Notes under the pieces: generated by a model | What the model saw: the letters and a program-made list of their open reading frames with translations, nothing else | Database searches by the model: none | What the model was told of the DNA's origin: nothing | From: a virus | Strand: one strand, 5' to 3' | DNA length: 40,586 nucleotides | UHGV virus genome: UHGV-0211075 | Shown here: positions 8,805 to 16,932 of the stretch, one piece after another | Layout: each line of letters opens with the position of its first letter | Numbering within the stretch: position 1 is the stretch's first letter | Program-made: the position numbers and the translations under genes

Positions 8805-11800
8805 ATGCGCACACAGAAAAAATGCACAAGGTCTTCACACTTCAGGATAACCACTATAGCTATCGCTGTTGCTTCGTCTTTTGCCATGACGCCGGCTTGG
8901 GCGGCCCCTGCTACCAACCCCCCTGGGAACGGTGTAGGAATTGCTATAGGCTCAGGAAGCACAACCGATACTTACGCCAAAAAACAAATAGCTATTGGGG
9001 TTAATTCCAAAACGATTTCTGATGGCTCTGCCCCAAATGATAGTGCCATTGCTATTGGCGCAGGGGCTCATACCTATAACGAATTGGGACGACGCGTTGC
9101 TGCCGTTTCTTTTGGAAAACAGCATGCAGATTACACTGGGGGAATTGCAATCGGTGCTAATACCTATGCGATTACAACAGGAACCAGCATTGGCCAGCGT
9201 GACTACGTAGGAGCCATGGGGGATATAACCGTTTCTAACTCGAATCGCGACATTCTCCAGTACGCTCCTGGTGCAACATCATTGGGAAGTAATGCCTATG
9301 CAGGAGGTACCCTTTCAACAGTTCTTGGCGCTTATAACATTGCGACCAGTGGATACAATGGCACAGGGGGGGGTAACTCTCTTTCCTATGCGGCACAAAA
9401 TTTTGGGTCCACTATTGTCGGTACATTGAATACCAACGAATCCGCCACAGTTCGTGCACCCTTTATGAGTACCAGTTATTCCGGCATTGCAAATAGCACT
9501 GTAGGTATCGCTAATCGAACGTACAATGCAAACGGCGCCTTGATTTTCGGTGCAGGCAACGAAATTACCAATTCAGTCGTAAAGATCTCCTCCGTTAGTT
9601 CTAGCACTCAAACGGCCTCTGCCTCTGTTAATGAGCTTGCAGGGAACTTGCGCACCGCAATTCACAATGACGAAGGCGGCTCAACTCTTGCTATCGGCGG
9701 CGGCAACATTGCCGATTACACCCAGGCCTCTCAGCTGATCGGCGTTAACAATACGCTCAAAGGCTCGTCCAGCTCCGTAAGCCATTACAACGCGCTGAAT
9801 GGCTACAAGAACACGGCGACCAACGTTCAGCATGTGACTGTTATTGGCTCTTCCAACACTGTTACAGACGGTGAAAGCAATATCGTTGCTGGTGACAATC
9901 ATAAGCTCACAGGAGCAAGCAAATCAGTCATCATAGGCTCTTCAACCGAGAACAAAGAAGTTACAAAGAGCAATGTCGTTGTAATTGGCCAAGATGCCGA
10001 TATCTTCCAGGAGGGTGATGTCGCACTTGGTAGCGGCTCTACTGCAGCACAAGTGGAGACAACCACCAATATAACCATTAGAGGCACTTCGTACAATTTC
10101 GCTGGCACTTCTCCGACTAGTACAGTTAGCGTTGGTTCTGCAGGCAAAGAACGCACAATTACAAACGTTGCCGCGGGGCGTATTAGTGCCGCTTCAACTG
10201 ACGCCATCAATGGCAGCCAATTGTTTGCCGTCACTTCTGCGTTGGATACTCTCTCTACATCTGCTGGTGCCCATTACTACTCTGTAAAGAGCTCAAACAC
10301 TGGAGCAGATTCTAACTATGATAATGATGGCGCCACTGGCACTGATAGTATTGTTCTGGGTATCGCCTCAAAAAATTCCGGTAACAACAGTACCGTTATC
10401 GGCAATATGAACTCTCTGACTGGAATAAAAAACGGTGTCAATAACAGCATTGTCGTTGGCCAACGCTTAGAGGTTGACGGCACACACAACGCTGTCTTTG
10501 GCACAGATTACGCAAATTATGATAATAAGCTGACCAAGGTCGTGGGCAATCAAAACACCGTTATCGGCGTTGGTAATCTTGTTGGCTATACAGCCGTTCA
10601 AAACGGAACGCAATGGACTTATACAAAGTGGGGAGATAGCGGTTCAGACCAAAACGTAGCTGTTGGATTGAACAATACCGCTAATGGTGGAAGTATCGCT
10701 GTAGGTACTTCGTCCGTAGTTGATTCTCTGGGAGTTTCCTTGGGGCACGGAAATACCGTTATCGGTCCTGACGACAATGGCGGACAATGGGGAGTTGCCA
10801 TAGGCAATAAGCTCACTGTTTCTGGTGAAAACGCAGTTGCTGTAGGGACGGAGTCCACCGCCAAGGGAGATTGGACTGTTGCCGTGGGTTCTAACGCTTC
10901 AGCAGAGAAGACTTACGATATTGCTATTGGCAAAAAGGCTTCTGCCACGGGAGGGTGGTCTACTGCATTAGGGGCATCTGCTAGAGCCAGTGCCCAAACC
11001 TCTACAGCGCTTGGGTACAGAGCTGAAGCACCCGTTAATAACGGTGTTGCTTTAGGCTCCTTCAGTGTCGCCAACACTGAAGCTGGTGTTGCTGGCTACG
11101 ACCTTTCGACCGGCGCGGCATCTACAGAAACTTCAGTTGCTTGGAAATCAACAGCAGCAGCCGTCTCAGTCGGTGAGGTTGATAATGGTATAACTCGGCA
11201 GATTACGGGGGTGGCGGCGGGCTTGAACGACACCGATGCTGTCAATGTGGCACAGCTTAAGAAAGCGGCATCCGCGGCAACCACCAATGTCAACACAACC
11301 GATCCGAACATGACAGTGACGGAACAGCCGGCTGATTCCCACAATTACACGATTGGGCTGAATAAGAACCTCACCGGCATGGAAAGCGCGGAGTTTGGGG
11401 CTGACGCCGCAAAGACGACTATCTCTGCTGGTGGCGTAACCATCGTCAAGGACAGCACAACGGTAAGCCTTAAATCCAATGGACTAGATAATGGCGGGCA
11501 AACCATCAAGAATATAGCTGCTGGCGAAAACGACACTGATGCGGTTAACCTCTCGCAGCTGAAGAATTCCGTTACGAAGGTGGAATCTACCAGCCAGGGC
11601 TATATCGATATCACAACACGGAAGGAAAATGCCTCAACCAATACCGGGGCAACCATCTACTCCGTGGGACTGTCTGCTGATGCCAAAACCGCGATCACGA
11701 ATGCCAATCATTATCTGACGGCTGATGGGATCAATGCCCAGAACCAAAAGATAAAGAATGTTGCCCCCGGGACGATTTCCGCGGCGTCTACTGATGCTGT

Positions 11801-12311
11801 GAATGGCAGCCAGTTGTATCAGACAAATCAGGCGGTTCAGCACAACTCTGATGATATTTCCAAACTGTATAACCGCAGCGCGGAACTTAATCGCAAGATC
11901 TATCGTGCTGGCGCGCATGCGGCTGCTCTTGCCGCACTGCATCCGCTTGACTTCGATGAAAATCATCTGGTATCCGCCTCTCTTGGCCTTGGTCAATACC
12001 ACAGCCACGGAGCGGTCGCTCTCGGTATTTTCGCCCGCCCGACGGAGAACTTTATGGTCAGCCTGGGAGGATCAATCTCCTCTGGCAGTGATGTGATGGG
12101 GAATCTCGGCGTGCATTATCGCTTTGGAGGCGACAGCGTGCGGGTGAACAAAGCGGAACTTACTCAGCAGGTAAGCACTCTCAAAGCTGAAAACCGGGAT
12201 CTGTCAGCAAAATTGGCTTCTTCCAACTCAAAGCTGGAAGCCGCTACGTCAAAGATTGACTCTCTGATGGCAAGGATCCACGCTATCGAAGCCAAACTTA
12301 ATATGAAGTAA
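8805..12311 (+). CDS. YadA-like trimeric autotransporter adhesin
   Basis: Signal peptide (AWA/A), IAIG/VAVG head repeats, DAVNxxQL necks, anchor AAALAALHPLDFD...GVHYRF, then coiled coil. Confidence 0.93.
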   Translation: MRTQKKCTRSSHFRITTIAIAVASSFAMTPAWAAPATNPPGNGVGIAIGSGSTTDTYAKKQIAIGVNSKTISDGSAPNDSAIAIGAGAHTYNELGRRVAAVSFGKQHADYTGGIAIGANTYAITTGTSIGQRDYVGAMGDITVSNSNRDILQYAPGATSLGSNAYAGGTLSTVLGAYNIATSGYNGTGGGNSLSYAAQNFGSTIVGTLNTNESATVRAPFMSTSYSGIANSTVGIANRTYNANGALIFGAGNEITNSVVKISSVSSSTQTASASVNELAGNLRTAIHNDEGGSTLAIGGGNIADYTQASQLIGVNNTLKGSSSSVSHYNALNGYKNTATNVQHVTVIGSSNTVTDGESNIVAGDNHKLTGASKSVIIGSSTENKEVTKSNVVVIGQDADIFQEGDVALGSGSTAAQVETTTNITIRGTSYNFAGTSPTSTVSVGSAGKERTITNVAAGRISAASTDAINGSQLFAVTSALDTLSTSAGAHYYSVKSSNTGADSNYDNDGATGTDSIVLGIASKNSGNNSTVIGNMNSLTGIKNGVNNSIVVGQRLEVDGTHNAVFGTDYANYDNKLTKVVGNQNTVIGVGNLVGYTAVQNGTQWTYTKWGDSGSDQNVAVGLNNTANGGSIAVGTSSVVDSLGVSLGHGNTVIGPDDNGGQWGVAIGNKLTVSGENAVAVGTESTAKGDWTVAVGSNASAEKTYDIAIGKKASATGGWSTALGASARASAQTSTALGYRAEAPVNNGVALGSFSVANTEAGVAGYDLSTGAASTETSVAWKSTAAAVSVGEVDNGITRQITGVAAGLNDTDAVNVAQLKKAASAATTNVNTTDPNMTVTEQPADSHNYTIGLNKNLTGMESAEFGADAAKTTISAGGVTIVKDSTTVSLKSNGLDNGGQTIKNIAAGENDTDAVNLSQLKNSVTKVESTSQGYIDITTRKENASTNTGATIYSVGLSADAKTAITNANHYLTADGINAQNQKIKNVAPGTISAASTDAVNGSQLYQTNQAVQHNSDDISKLYNRSAELNRKIYRAGAHAAALAALHPLDFDENHLVSASLGLGQYHSHGAVALGIFARPTENFMVSLGGSISSGSDVMGNLGVHYRFGGDSVRVNKAELTQQVSTLKAENRDLSAKLASSNSKLEAATSKIDSLMARIHAIEAKLNMK

Positions 12312-12364
12312 GCAAAGCTCAAGGAGAGGGGGCTTGCCCCTTCTCCAACATATATAATGTATAT

Positions 12365-12497
12365 GGTCTTGTGAAGGTCTCTGTGGTTCGCATGTGGGCA
12401 CCAGCTCTCCCCTTGTAAGACTGGCACGGCCTAATAAGAGGCCAAGATGCAAGAGAACCGCGCGCGCCCCTTGAGGAAACTCAGGGGCGCCTTTTTT
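12365..12497 (+). ncRNA. Candidate structured small RNA
   Basis: TATAAT at 12353; nested stems 12383-12461; terminator GCGCCCCT/AGGGGCGC + T6; no ORF. Confidence 0.4.
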
Positions 12498-12562
12498 ATT
12501 CCCGCTAATACTTATCTTTATACCCCTGCTGAGATAACGGATTAGCCGCTCAGGCTACATCC

Positions 12563-12590
12563 TTTACAATGTGTATTTGATGTGTATAAT
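12563..12590 (+). promoter_or_regulatory. hicAB promoter with repeated operator-like motif
   Basis: TTTACA-16 nt-TATAAT; ATGTGTAT at 12569 and 12580. Confidence 0.7.
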
Positions 12591-12619
12591 AGATCTTGTT
12601 GATTAACAAGGGGTAAACC

Positions 12620-12806
12620 ATGGATAGCTCCACGGTAATCAGCAGGATTAAAGCGGATGGCTGGAGGCTCCAGAGCGTGAAAGGTGATCATCACAATTTC
12701 AAAAAAAGCCGGTTTTCAGTTCATCGTGACGATCACTCACCCGCGCAAGGATGTGCCAATCGGGCAACTGAAAGACATATCCAAGAAGTCAGGCATAAAA
12801 TTTTAA
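12620..12806 (+). pseudogene. hicA: HicA toxin frameshifted in an A7 run
   Basis: Removing one A at 12701-12707 gives a 61-aa HicA: ...DGW...KGDHHNFKKAGFQFIVTITHPRKDVPIGQLKDISKKSGIKF. Confidence 0.88.
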
Positions 12807-12872
12807 GCCAGTTGGTCGGGCGAGGGGTCTTCCCTCGTCCGTTTTCTCGCACAAGAACAACGGAGGCAGTAA

Positions 12873-13259
12873 ATGCGTTACCCGTGCGCGATCGAAACAG
12901 GAAACGGCGTTTATGGTGTAATCTTTCCCGACCTTCCCGGATGCTACCCCTCTGGAGAAACCCTAGAGGACGCGTTCAAGGATGCTAAAGAGGCTGCCGA
13001 GTCGTGGATGGACGCCATGGCTGATGAAGGTCTTGAAATTCCAGCTCCATCTGCCATGGATGATGTCGTGAAGAATCCTGATTACAAGGGCTGGGTCTTC
13101 GGCTCGGTTGACATTGATATGTCCAAAATCTCAGACAAGGCCGAGAGAGTGAACATCACCCTCCCGAAACGCGTTCTGAGGCGGCTGGACAACCTCGCCA
13201 AGGAGTCCGGGGATTCCCGTTCTGGGTATATTGCTCACCTTGTCCTTTCGGCCTCATAA
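12873..13259 (+). CDS. hicB: HicB antitoxin
   Basis: YGVIFPDLPGC.. GETLEDA; C-terminal RHH (RVNITLP...SRSGYIA). Confidence 0.93.
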   Translation: MRYPCAIETGNGVYGVIFPDLPGCYPSGETLEDAFKDAKEAAESWMDAMADEGLEIPAPSAMDDVVKNPDYKGWVFGSVDIDMSKISDKAERVNITLPKRVLRRLDNLAKESGDSRSGYIAHLVLSAS

Positions 13260-13294
13260 CCTCAAAAGCCCGGGGCGTTGCTCCGAGCTCTTTG

Positions 13295-13753
13295 CTACTG
13301 ATGAGAAACAGCATCCTTATCCGCGGCTACTCTTGTAAGAAGCTCTGCACCCTCCCCAGCCAGTTCTGCGCCTTCTCCGAGTAGGCTTTCGCATCGGGCG
13401 AGGCGCTCTTGAGTACGGTCTCCGGTATCTCGGGCGATTTGCAGATCACTCTTGGCTCTGGTGTCTGCGGCGTCGCGCACCCGGACAGCAGTAACCCGCA
13501 CAGCGCGAGCGTCAGATAAAGCCTTGTCTCGCGCGGCAAGCGCATCAGCCAATTGTCTTGATTGTTTCTCATAGCGTTCCTGCGCCTCCTTTTCTACCGC
13601 CCTGGTCTGCTTCTGCCAATCAGATTTAAGCTCGCTGATCTGAGCTTCATACTTCTCCGCCGTCGAGGATCTCCCCCTGGAGTACCCCCAGAACGCAGAC
13701 GCTATCAAAGCGCCAATGATGACGCCGGTAATGACTAGCCCCCTTTTCCCCAT
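13295..13753 (-). CDS. Inner-membrane spanin (Rz-like)
   Basis: N-terminal TM plus long coiled coil, downstream of endolysin. Confidence 0.8.
   Translation of the reverse strand: MGKRGLVITGVIIGALIASAFWGYSRGRSSTAEKYEAQISELKSDWQKQTRAVEKEAQERYEKQSRQLADALAARDKALSDARAVRVTAVRVRDAADTRAKSDLQIARDTGDRTQERLARCESLLGEGAELAGEGAELLTRVAADKDAVSHQ
13327..13545 (-). CDS. Outer-membrane lipoprotein spanin (Rz1-like), embedded in Rz
   Basis: Lipobox LLLSGC, Pro-rich, alternative frame inside Rz; start codon uncertain. Confidence 0.78.
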   Translation of the reverse strand: MRLPRETRLYLTLALCGLLLSGCATPQTPEPRVICKSPEIPETVLKSASPDAKAYSEKAQNWLGRVQSFLQE

Positions 13754-13839
13754 ACTTGCCTCTATAAAAACTCAATCAGCTTCTTGAAGAGCTACCCAAA
13801 AGGGAGCCCCTGCCCTCTGCAACCTTGCTATAATGCTTC

Positions 13840-13925
13840 GCGTGAGGTTTATTTCCTTACCGTGGTTTTATCAAATCAGTCGATTGGCCTCCCCGGAAGA
13901 GCACACGCTTTCCCGGGGCTTTTTT
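13840..13925 (+). ncRNA. Candidate orphan small RNA 1
   Basis: TGcTATAAT at 13826-13834; anti-SD TTTCCTTA; hairpin CCCCGGAAGAG..CCGGGG + T run. Confidence 0.55.
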
Positions 13926-13970
13926 ATATCATCAGGCAAACCTGGGCCATTAATATAGCTATAATGGCTG

Positions 13971-14041
13971 GGACGAGAACTTTCTCCTTTTTGCCCTACG
14001 TCCTCGCTTCTCGTCATCCCCCGGCTTTTGCCGGGGGTTTC
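13971..14041 (+). ncRNA. Candidate orphan small RNA 2
   Basis: TATAAT at 13960-13965; GACGAGAA/TTCTCGTC stem enclosing TTTCTCCTTTTT; hairpin CCCCCGGC-tttt-GCCGGGGG. Confidence 0.5.
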
Positions 14042-14050
14042 TGTTTTCGG

Positions 14051-14224
14051 TTATTTCAAAGCAAGCACGATTTGAACAATCGTATAGACAAGCCCTGTAG
14101 CACCAGCAAACGCAAGAGCTGAATACTTAACCCCAGTGGCTACGCCTCTGAAAAATGCCTCTTTAAGTTCCATATCTCTCATACGCTGCCCCAAATTTTC
14201 ATTGCGCTTGATATAATTTTTCAT
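14051..14224 (-). CDS. 57-aa small protein with C-terminal TM (cassette A)
   Basis: MKNYIK...GVKYSALAFAGATGLVYTIVQIVLALK; AAGG upstream. Confidence 0.7.
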   Translation of the reverse strand: MKNYIKRNENLGQRMRDMELKEAFFRGVATGVKYSALAFAGATGLVYTIVQIVLALK

Positions 14225-14254
14225 GTACAAACCTTGTGCGTACAAATTGCCATT

Positions 14255-14287
14255 CCCCGGAAGAGTTCCCGCTCTTGCCGGGGATTT
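14255..14287. repeat. 33-bp hairpin repeat, copy 1
   Basis: CCCCGGAAGAGTTCCCGCTCTTGCCGGGGATTT, identical to 14517-14549. Confidence 0.95.
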
Positions 14288-14482
14288 TTACAGAGATCGG
14301 ATAAAACCGATGACGCCCAGCACGCCCCCAATAACGGCGCAGGCGACCAGCACGAGTTCTTTCCAGAAGTGGAAACGCTCCTTTTTGTATTCGCTGATAG
14401 CCGCTTGCTGAGCCTGTTTCAACTTCTGTTCATCCATAAAAGCCTCTAGCTTATCTATTCTTTCTTTGGTATCATCTCTCAT
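14288..14482 (-). CDS. 64-aa small protein with C-terminal TM (cassette B)
   Basis: MRDDTKERIDKLEAF...LVLVACAVIGGVLGVIGFIRSL; an upstream ATG at 14497 is possible. Confidence 0.72.
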   Translation of the reverse strand: MRDDTKERIDKLEAFMDEQKLKQAQQAAISEYKKERFHFWKELVLVACAVIGGVLGVIGFIRSL

Positions 14483-14516
14483 GTAGATGTGGTCCATCTA
14501 TGTGTGTCGATTAATG

Positions 14517-14549
14517 CCCCGGAAGAGTTCCCGCTCTTGCCGGGGATTT
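14517..14549. repeat. 33-bp hairpin repeat, copy 2
   Basis: Identical to 14255-14287, 262 bp away. Confidence 0.95.
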
Positions 14550-14552
14550 CTT

Positions 14553-15017
14553 TTAACTGAGGAAGAGCTCCTTCTCTGCCTCTCGTCTCCTTACCAACCC
14601 CGGAAGCTCCCTCCCTCCCGCTCGCGCCCAACGCTTGAATTCATACCCCGCATTAATTACCTTGCCGGCATTAAAAAGTTTGAGGAGAGTAGATCTGCGG
14701 AGTGCCCCAGCACCACAGTTGTATGCAAAATCCAACAAAGCGATGAACTGCCCTTGCGTTACCGCGACCCTGACAGATCGGGACAGCACATCACGAAGAC
14801 GGTAAAGCTCAGACTCCAGAAGCTCGTCTGCCTCCTCTTGAGTAATCTTTATGTTCCTGATGACAGGGTTCCCAGATGCCAGGCGTGTAGAGCCATAACC
14901 CACAGTCCATACCCCCGCAGGATCCCGGTAGGAAGCCAGCCGACACCCCTCGTTCGACTTAATGAAGGGGACCGCAATTGCCGGGTCCCACACCGAAAAT
15001 TCTTTCTTTTCAGCCAT
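14553..15017 (-). CDS. Endolysin, GH24 lysozyme
   Basis: EGCRLASYRDPAGVWTVGYG, FAYNCG, LPGLVRRREAE. Confidence 0.95.
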   Translation of the reverse strand: MAEKKEFSVWDPAIAVPFIKSNEGCRLASYRDPAGVWTVGYGSTRLASGNPVIRNIKITQEEADELLESELYRLRDVLSRSVRVAVTQGQFIALLDFAYNCGAGALRRSTLLKLFNAGKVINAGYEFKRWARAGGRELPGLVRRREAEKELFLS

Positions 15018-15156
15018 GATCTCTCCTTATTTTGTCAGCCAAAGGACAAGATTCGGCCCGCACACGCCTTTCAATTTCCTGCTCTTTCTGCATATCCATA
15101 AGCACACCAACCTCTTGCTTTAGTTTTTGAATTTCAGCTATACTGGCGTTGTGCAT
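15010..15156 (-). pseudogene. Truncated cassette ORF (48 aa, TM segment apparently deleted)
   Basis: AGGA RBS; MHNASIAEIQKLKQEVGVLMDMQKEQEIERRVRAE; an out-of-frame LVLWLTK-stop remains. Confidence 0.5.
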
Positions 15157-15218
15157 AAGTTCCTGTGTGTAAAGTGGAATAAAAAAGCCCTCGGGAGTTC
15201 GCTTCTCTCGAGGGTTTT
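15115..15218 (+). ncRNA. Antisense promoter plus small RNA over the leader of ORF 15156
   Basis: TTGCTT-18 nt-TATACT (15115-15144); hairpin GCCCTCG..CGAGGGT with A6 and T4 flanks at 15181-15218. Confidence 0.55.
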
Positions 15219-15246
15219 CGTTTGATGGGGAGGATTCCCTATCCTT

Positions 15247-15726
15247 CTATTCGTCTCTGTGCTGCTGGTGAATCTCTCCCCCGCTCACCACATCTGACGC
15301 CATCACCTCTGACCGCTCTTCCATCGCTTTCAGCATCTTGCGGACCGGCGCCGGGATGATTGATCCATACCCCATGCGCTCAATGTTCTCGAGAATCGAC
15401 CCGAAGTCGTTCAGGCAGAAAGCAAAGACCGCCGCATCCCTGACACTGACGAAAGGTATAACCGAAGTGATATCCAGCCCATGGCAAAGTGCCACGAGGA
15501 TCAGCATGACGATCTTTTTGGTGATGCCAAGGAACCCCGTACGGGAATTCCACTGCCCGGTCTTCATCGCGGCATAAGTACCGCTCAAATAATCGACGAC
15601 GATAAAAACAAACAGCCATTCAATCGCGTCATCGATCGGGCCAAAAAGAAAGGAGCACAAGGCTCCCAGAATCCCGCCAACCGCCAGAAAAACGCGGGAT
15701 GAAAAATCAGGAATCAGATCCACCAT
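15247..15726 (-). CDS. Holin (phage holin 4_1 family)
   Basis: VDYLSG...SRTGFLGITKK...NDFGSILEN...IP; TM segments. Confidence 0.9.
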   Translation of the reverse strand: MVDLIPDFSSRVFLAVGGILGALCSFLFGPIDDAIEWLFVFIVVDYLSGTYAAMKTGQWNSRTGFLGITKKIVMLILVALCHGLDITSVIPFVSVRDAAVFAFCLNDFGSILENIERMGYGSIIPAPVRKMLKAMEERSEVMASDVVSGGEIHQQHRDE

Positions 15727-15752
15727 AAGCGCAATAGTCTCTGCTTATTGTC

Positions 15753-15781
15753 TTGACACGCTGTAACTTATAAGTTACGCT
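15753..15781 (+). promoter_or_regulatory. Promoter with perfect palindromic operator
   Basis: TTGACA-17 nt-TACGCT; GTAACTTATAAGTTAC at 15763-15778. Confidence 0.8.
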
Positions 15782-15809
15782 GCCCAGCCATGATAATTAA
15801 GGGGTTGCC

Positions 15810-16139
15810 ATGATAAATACGGAAGGCCTTAAAGATTTTGACCCTGCTGAATATCTGGATGATGCCCCTTCAATTGCCGCCTATCTGGATGAGGCGTTCA
15901 AAACAGAAAATCCTGAGTACATTTCCCACGCTTTGGGTGTGGCCGCCAAAGCCAAAGGGATGACGGATATCGCTCAAAAGAGCGGTATCCGCCGTGAACA
16001 GCTGTATCGGTCTCTTAACTCGAAAGGGAACCCGACGCTTCAAACCCTTCTCCCTGTTATGAAAGCATTAGGCGTAACGATTGGGGTATCGGTAAAAGGT
16101 ACTCAAAAAGCCCCTGCCTACCCGGGGAGACCGGCATAA
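15810..16139 (+). CDS. Addiction-module antidote (HI1420-type HTH antitoxin), orphan
   Basis: FDPAEYL...IAAYL...ALGVAAKAKGMTDIA...REQLYRSL...GNPTL. Confidence 0.9.
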   Translation: MINTEGLKDFDPAEYLDDAPSIAAYLDEAFKTENPEYISHALGVAAKAKGMTDIAQKSGIRREQLYRSLNSKGNPTLQTLLPVMKALGVTIGVSVKGTQKAPAYPGRPA

Positions 16140-16197
16140 GTACCGATCTCCTCCTCTGTCCCCTTCATCTGCGCTGTGATTTCAGTGTGGACATGAC

Positions 16198-16929
16198 TTA
16201 CGCGCCAAAGTCCGCAATGAAGAGGCTTTTTTTAATGCGCATCCCCTCTTCCTCAGAGGTTGCAAATAAGACCACCTCGCCGCTAGCGGGGGCTGCGAAG
16301 CTGATGGTGGCCCCCTCAAAAGTCACTTCAATGGGGGAGCCGATACCACTACTACTAAGTACTACGGTATAGGCCAAGCTCCGCATAATAGCCGCGTCTG
16401 CTTCCGATAAAGTAGCCTTACATGTACCTGAGTCTTGGGATAAAGTGTAGTTGGTATAGTTGTCTCTACCAATAGCCGCACCGGTAAAAACTTGTAGAGT
16501 TGAATCACTCGCTATAGCGTAACTATCCGCTTTTTGGATAGCCTCAGTTGCCGAGACCACATAATCCTTATCAAGGACCACCGTTGCAGCAATACCTGCT
16601 TGTTCTTCCCCGTTAATAACCAAGTTCCCAGGCCAATACCCCGCAAGGCCATCCACGTAAAGTCGCACATCCAGGATATCTGGATCAAATACCACGTCGG
16701 CTTTATCAGAGCTATAGAGGGATTTAGCCAAGGAAGAAACGTTTGCGGCAATTGATTGATGCTCCGTTTGCTTAAGCGTGATGGTGTGCCCCGCGGTGCT
16801 CGAAGCCGTCAGAGCAGTGATAGCGTCAGCCATATCAGAGGGCTTATAAGTTGTCGTACCCCCATTCTTACCGCGAATAGCGTTTGCGATCGCTGTGTAA
16901 TACGTCGGATCTGTCAGAACTTTCGTCAT
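16198..16929 (-). CDS. Putative tail-fibre-associated protein
   Basis: AIANAIRGKNGGTTTYKPSDMADAI motif; position in fibre cluster. Confidence 0.6.
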   Translation of the reverse strand: MTKVLTDPTYYTAIANAIRGKNGGTTTYKPSDMADAITALTASSTAGHTITLKQTEHQSIAANVSSLAKSLYSSDKADVVFDPDILDVRLYVDGLAGYWPGNLVINGEEQAGIAATVVLDKDYVVSATEAIQKADSYAIASDSTLQVFTGAAIGRDNYTNYTLSQDSGTCKATLSEADAAIMRSLAYTVVLSSSGIGSPIEVTFEGATISFAAPASGEVVLFATSEEEGMRIKKSLFIADFGA

Positions 16930-16932
16930 GAT

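Noticed and set aside
12620..12988. 122-aa ORF as a real protein, or a -1 frameshift at AAAAAAG
   Set aside because: It is the out-of-frame read-through of hicA, and restoring HicA needs loss of one base, not a -1 shift
13891..14549. Hairpin repeats as a CRISPR array or integron attC sites
   Set aside because: Only two identical copies, separated by a whole ORF; no cas genes, no integron integrase and no GTTRRRY core
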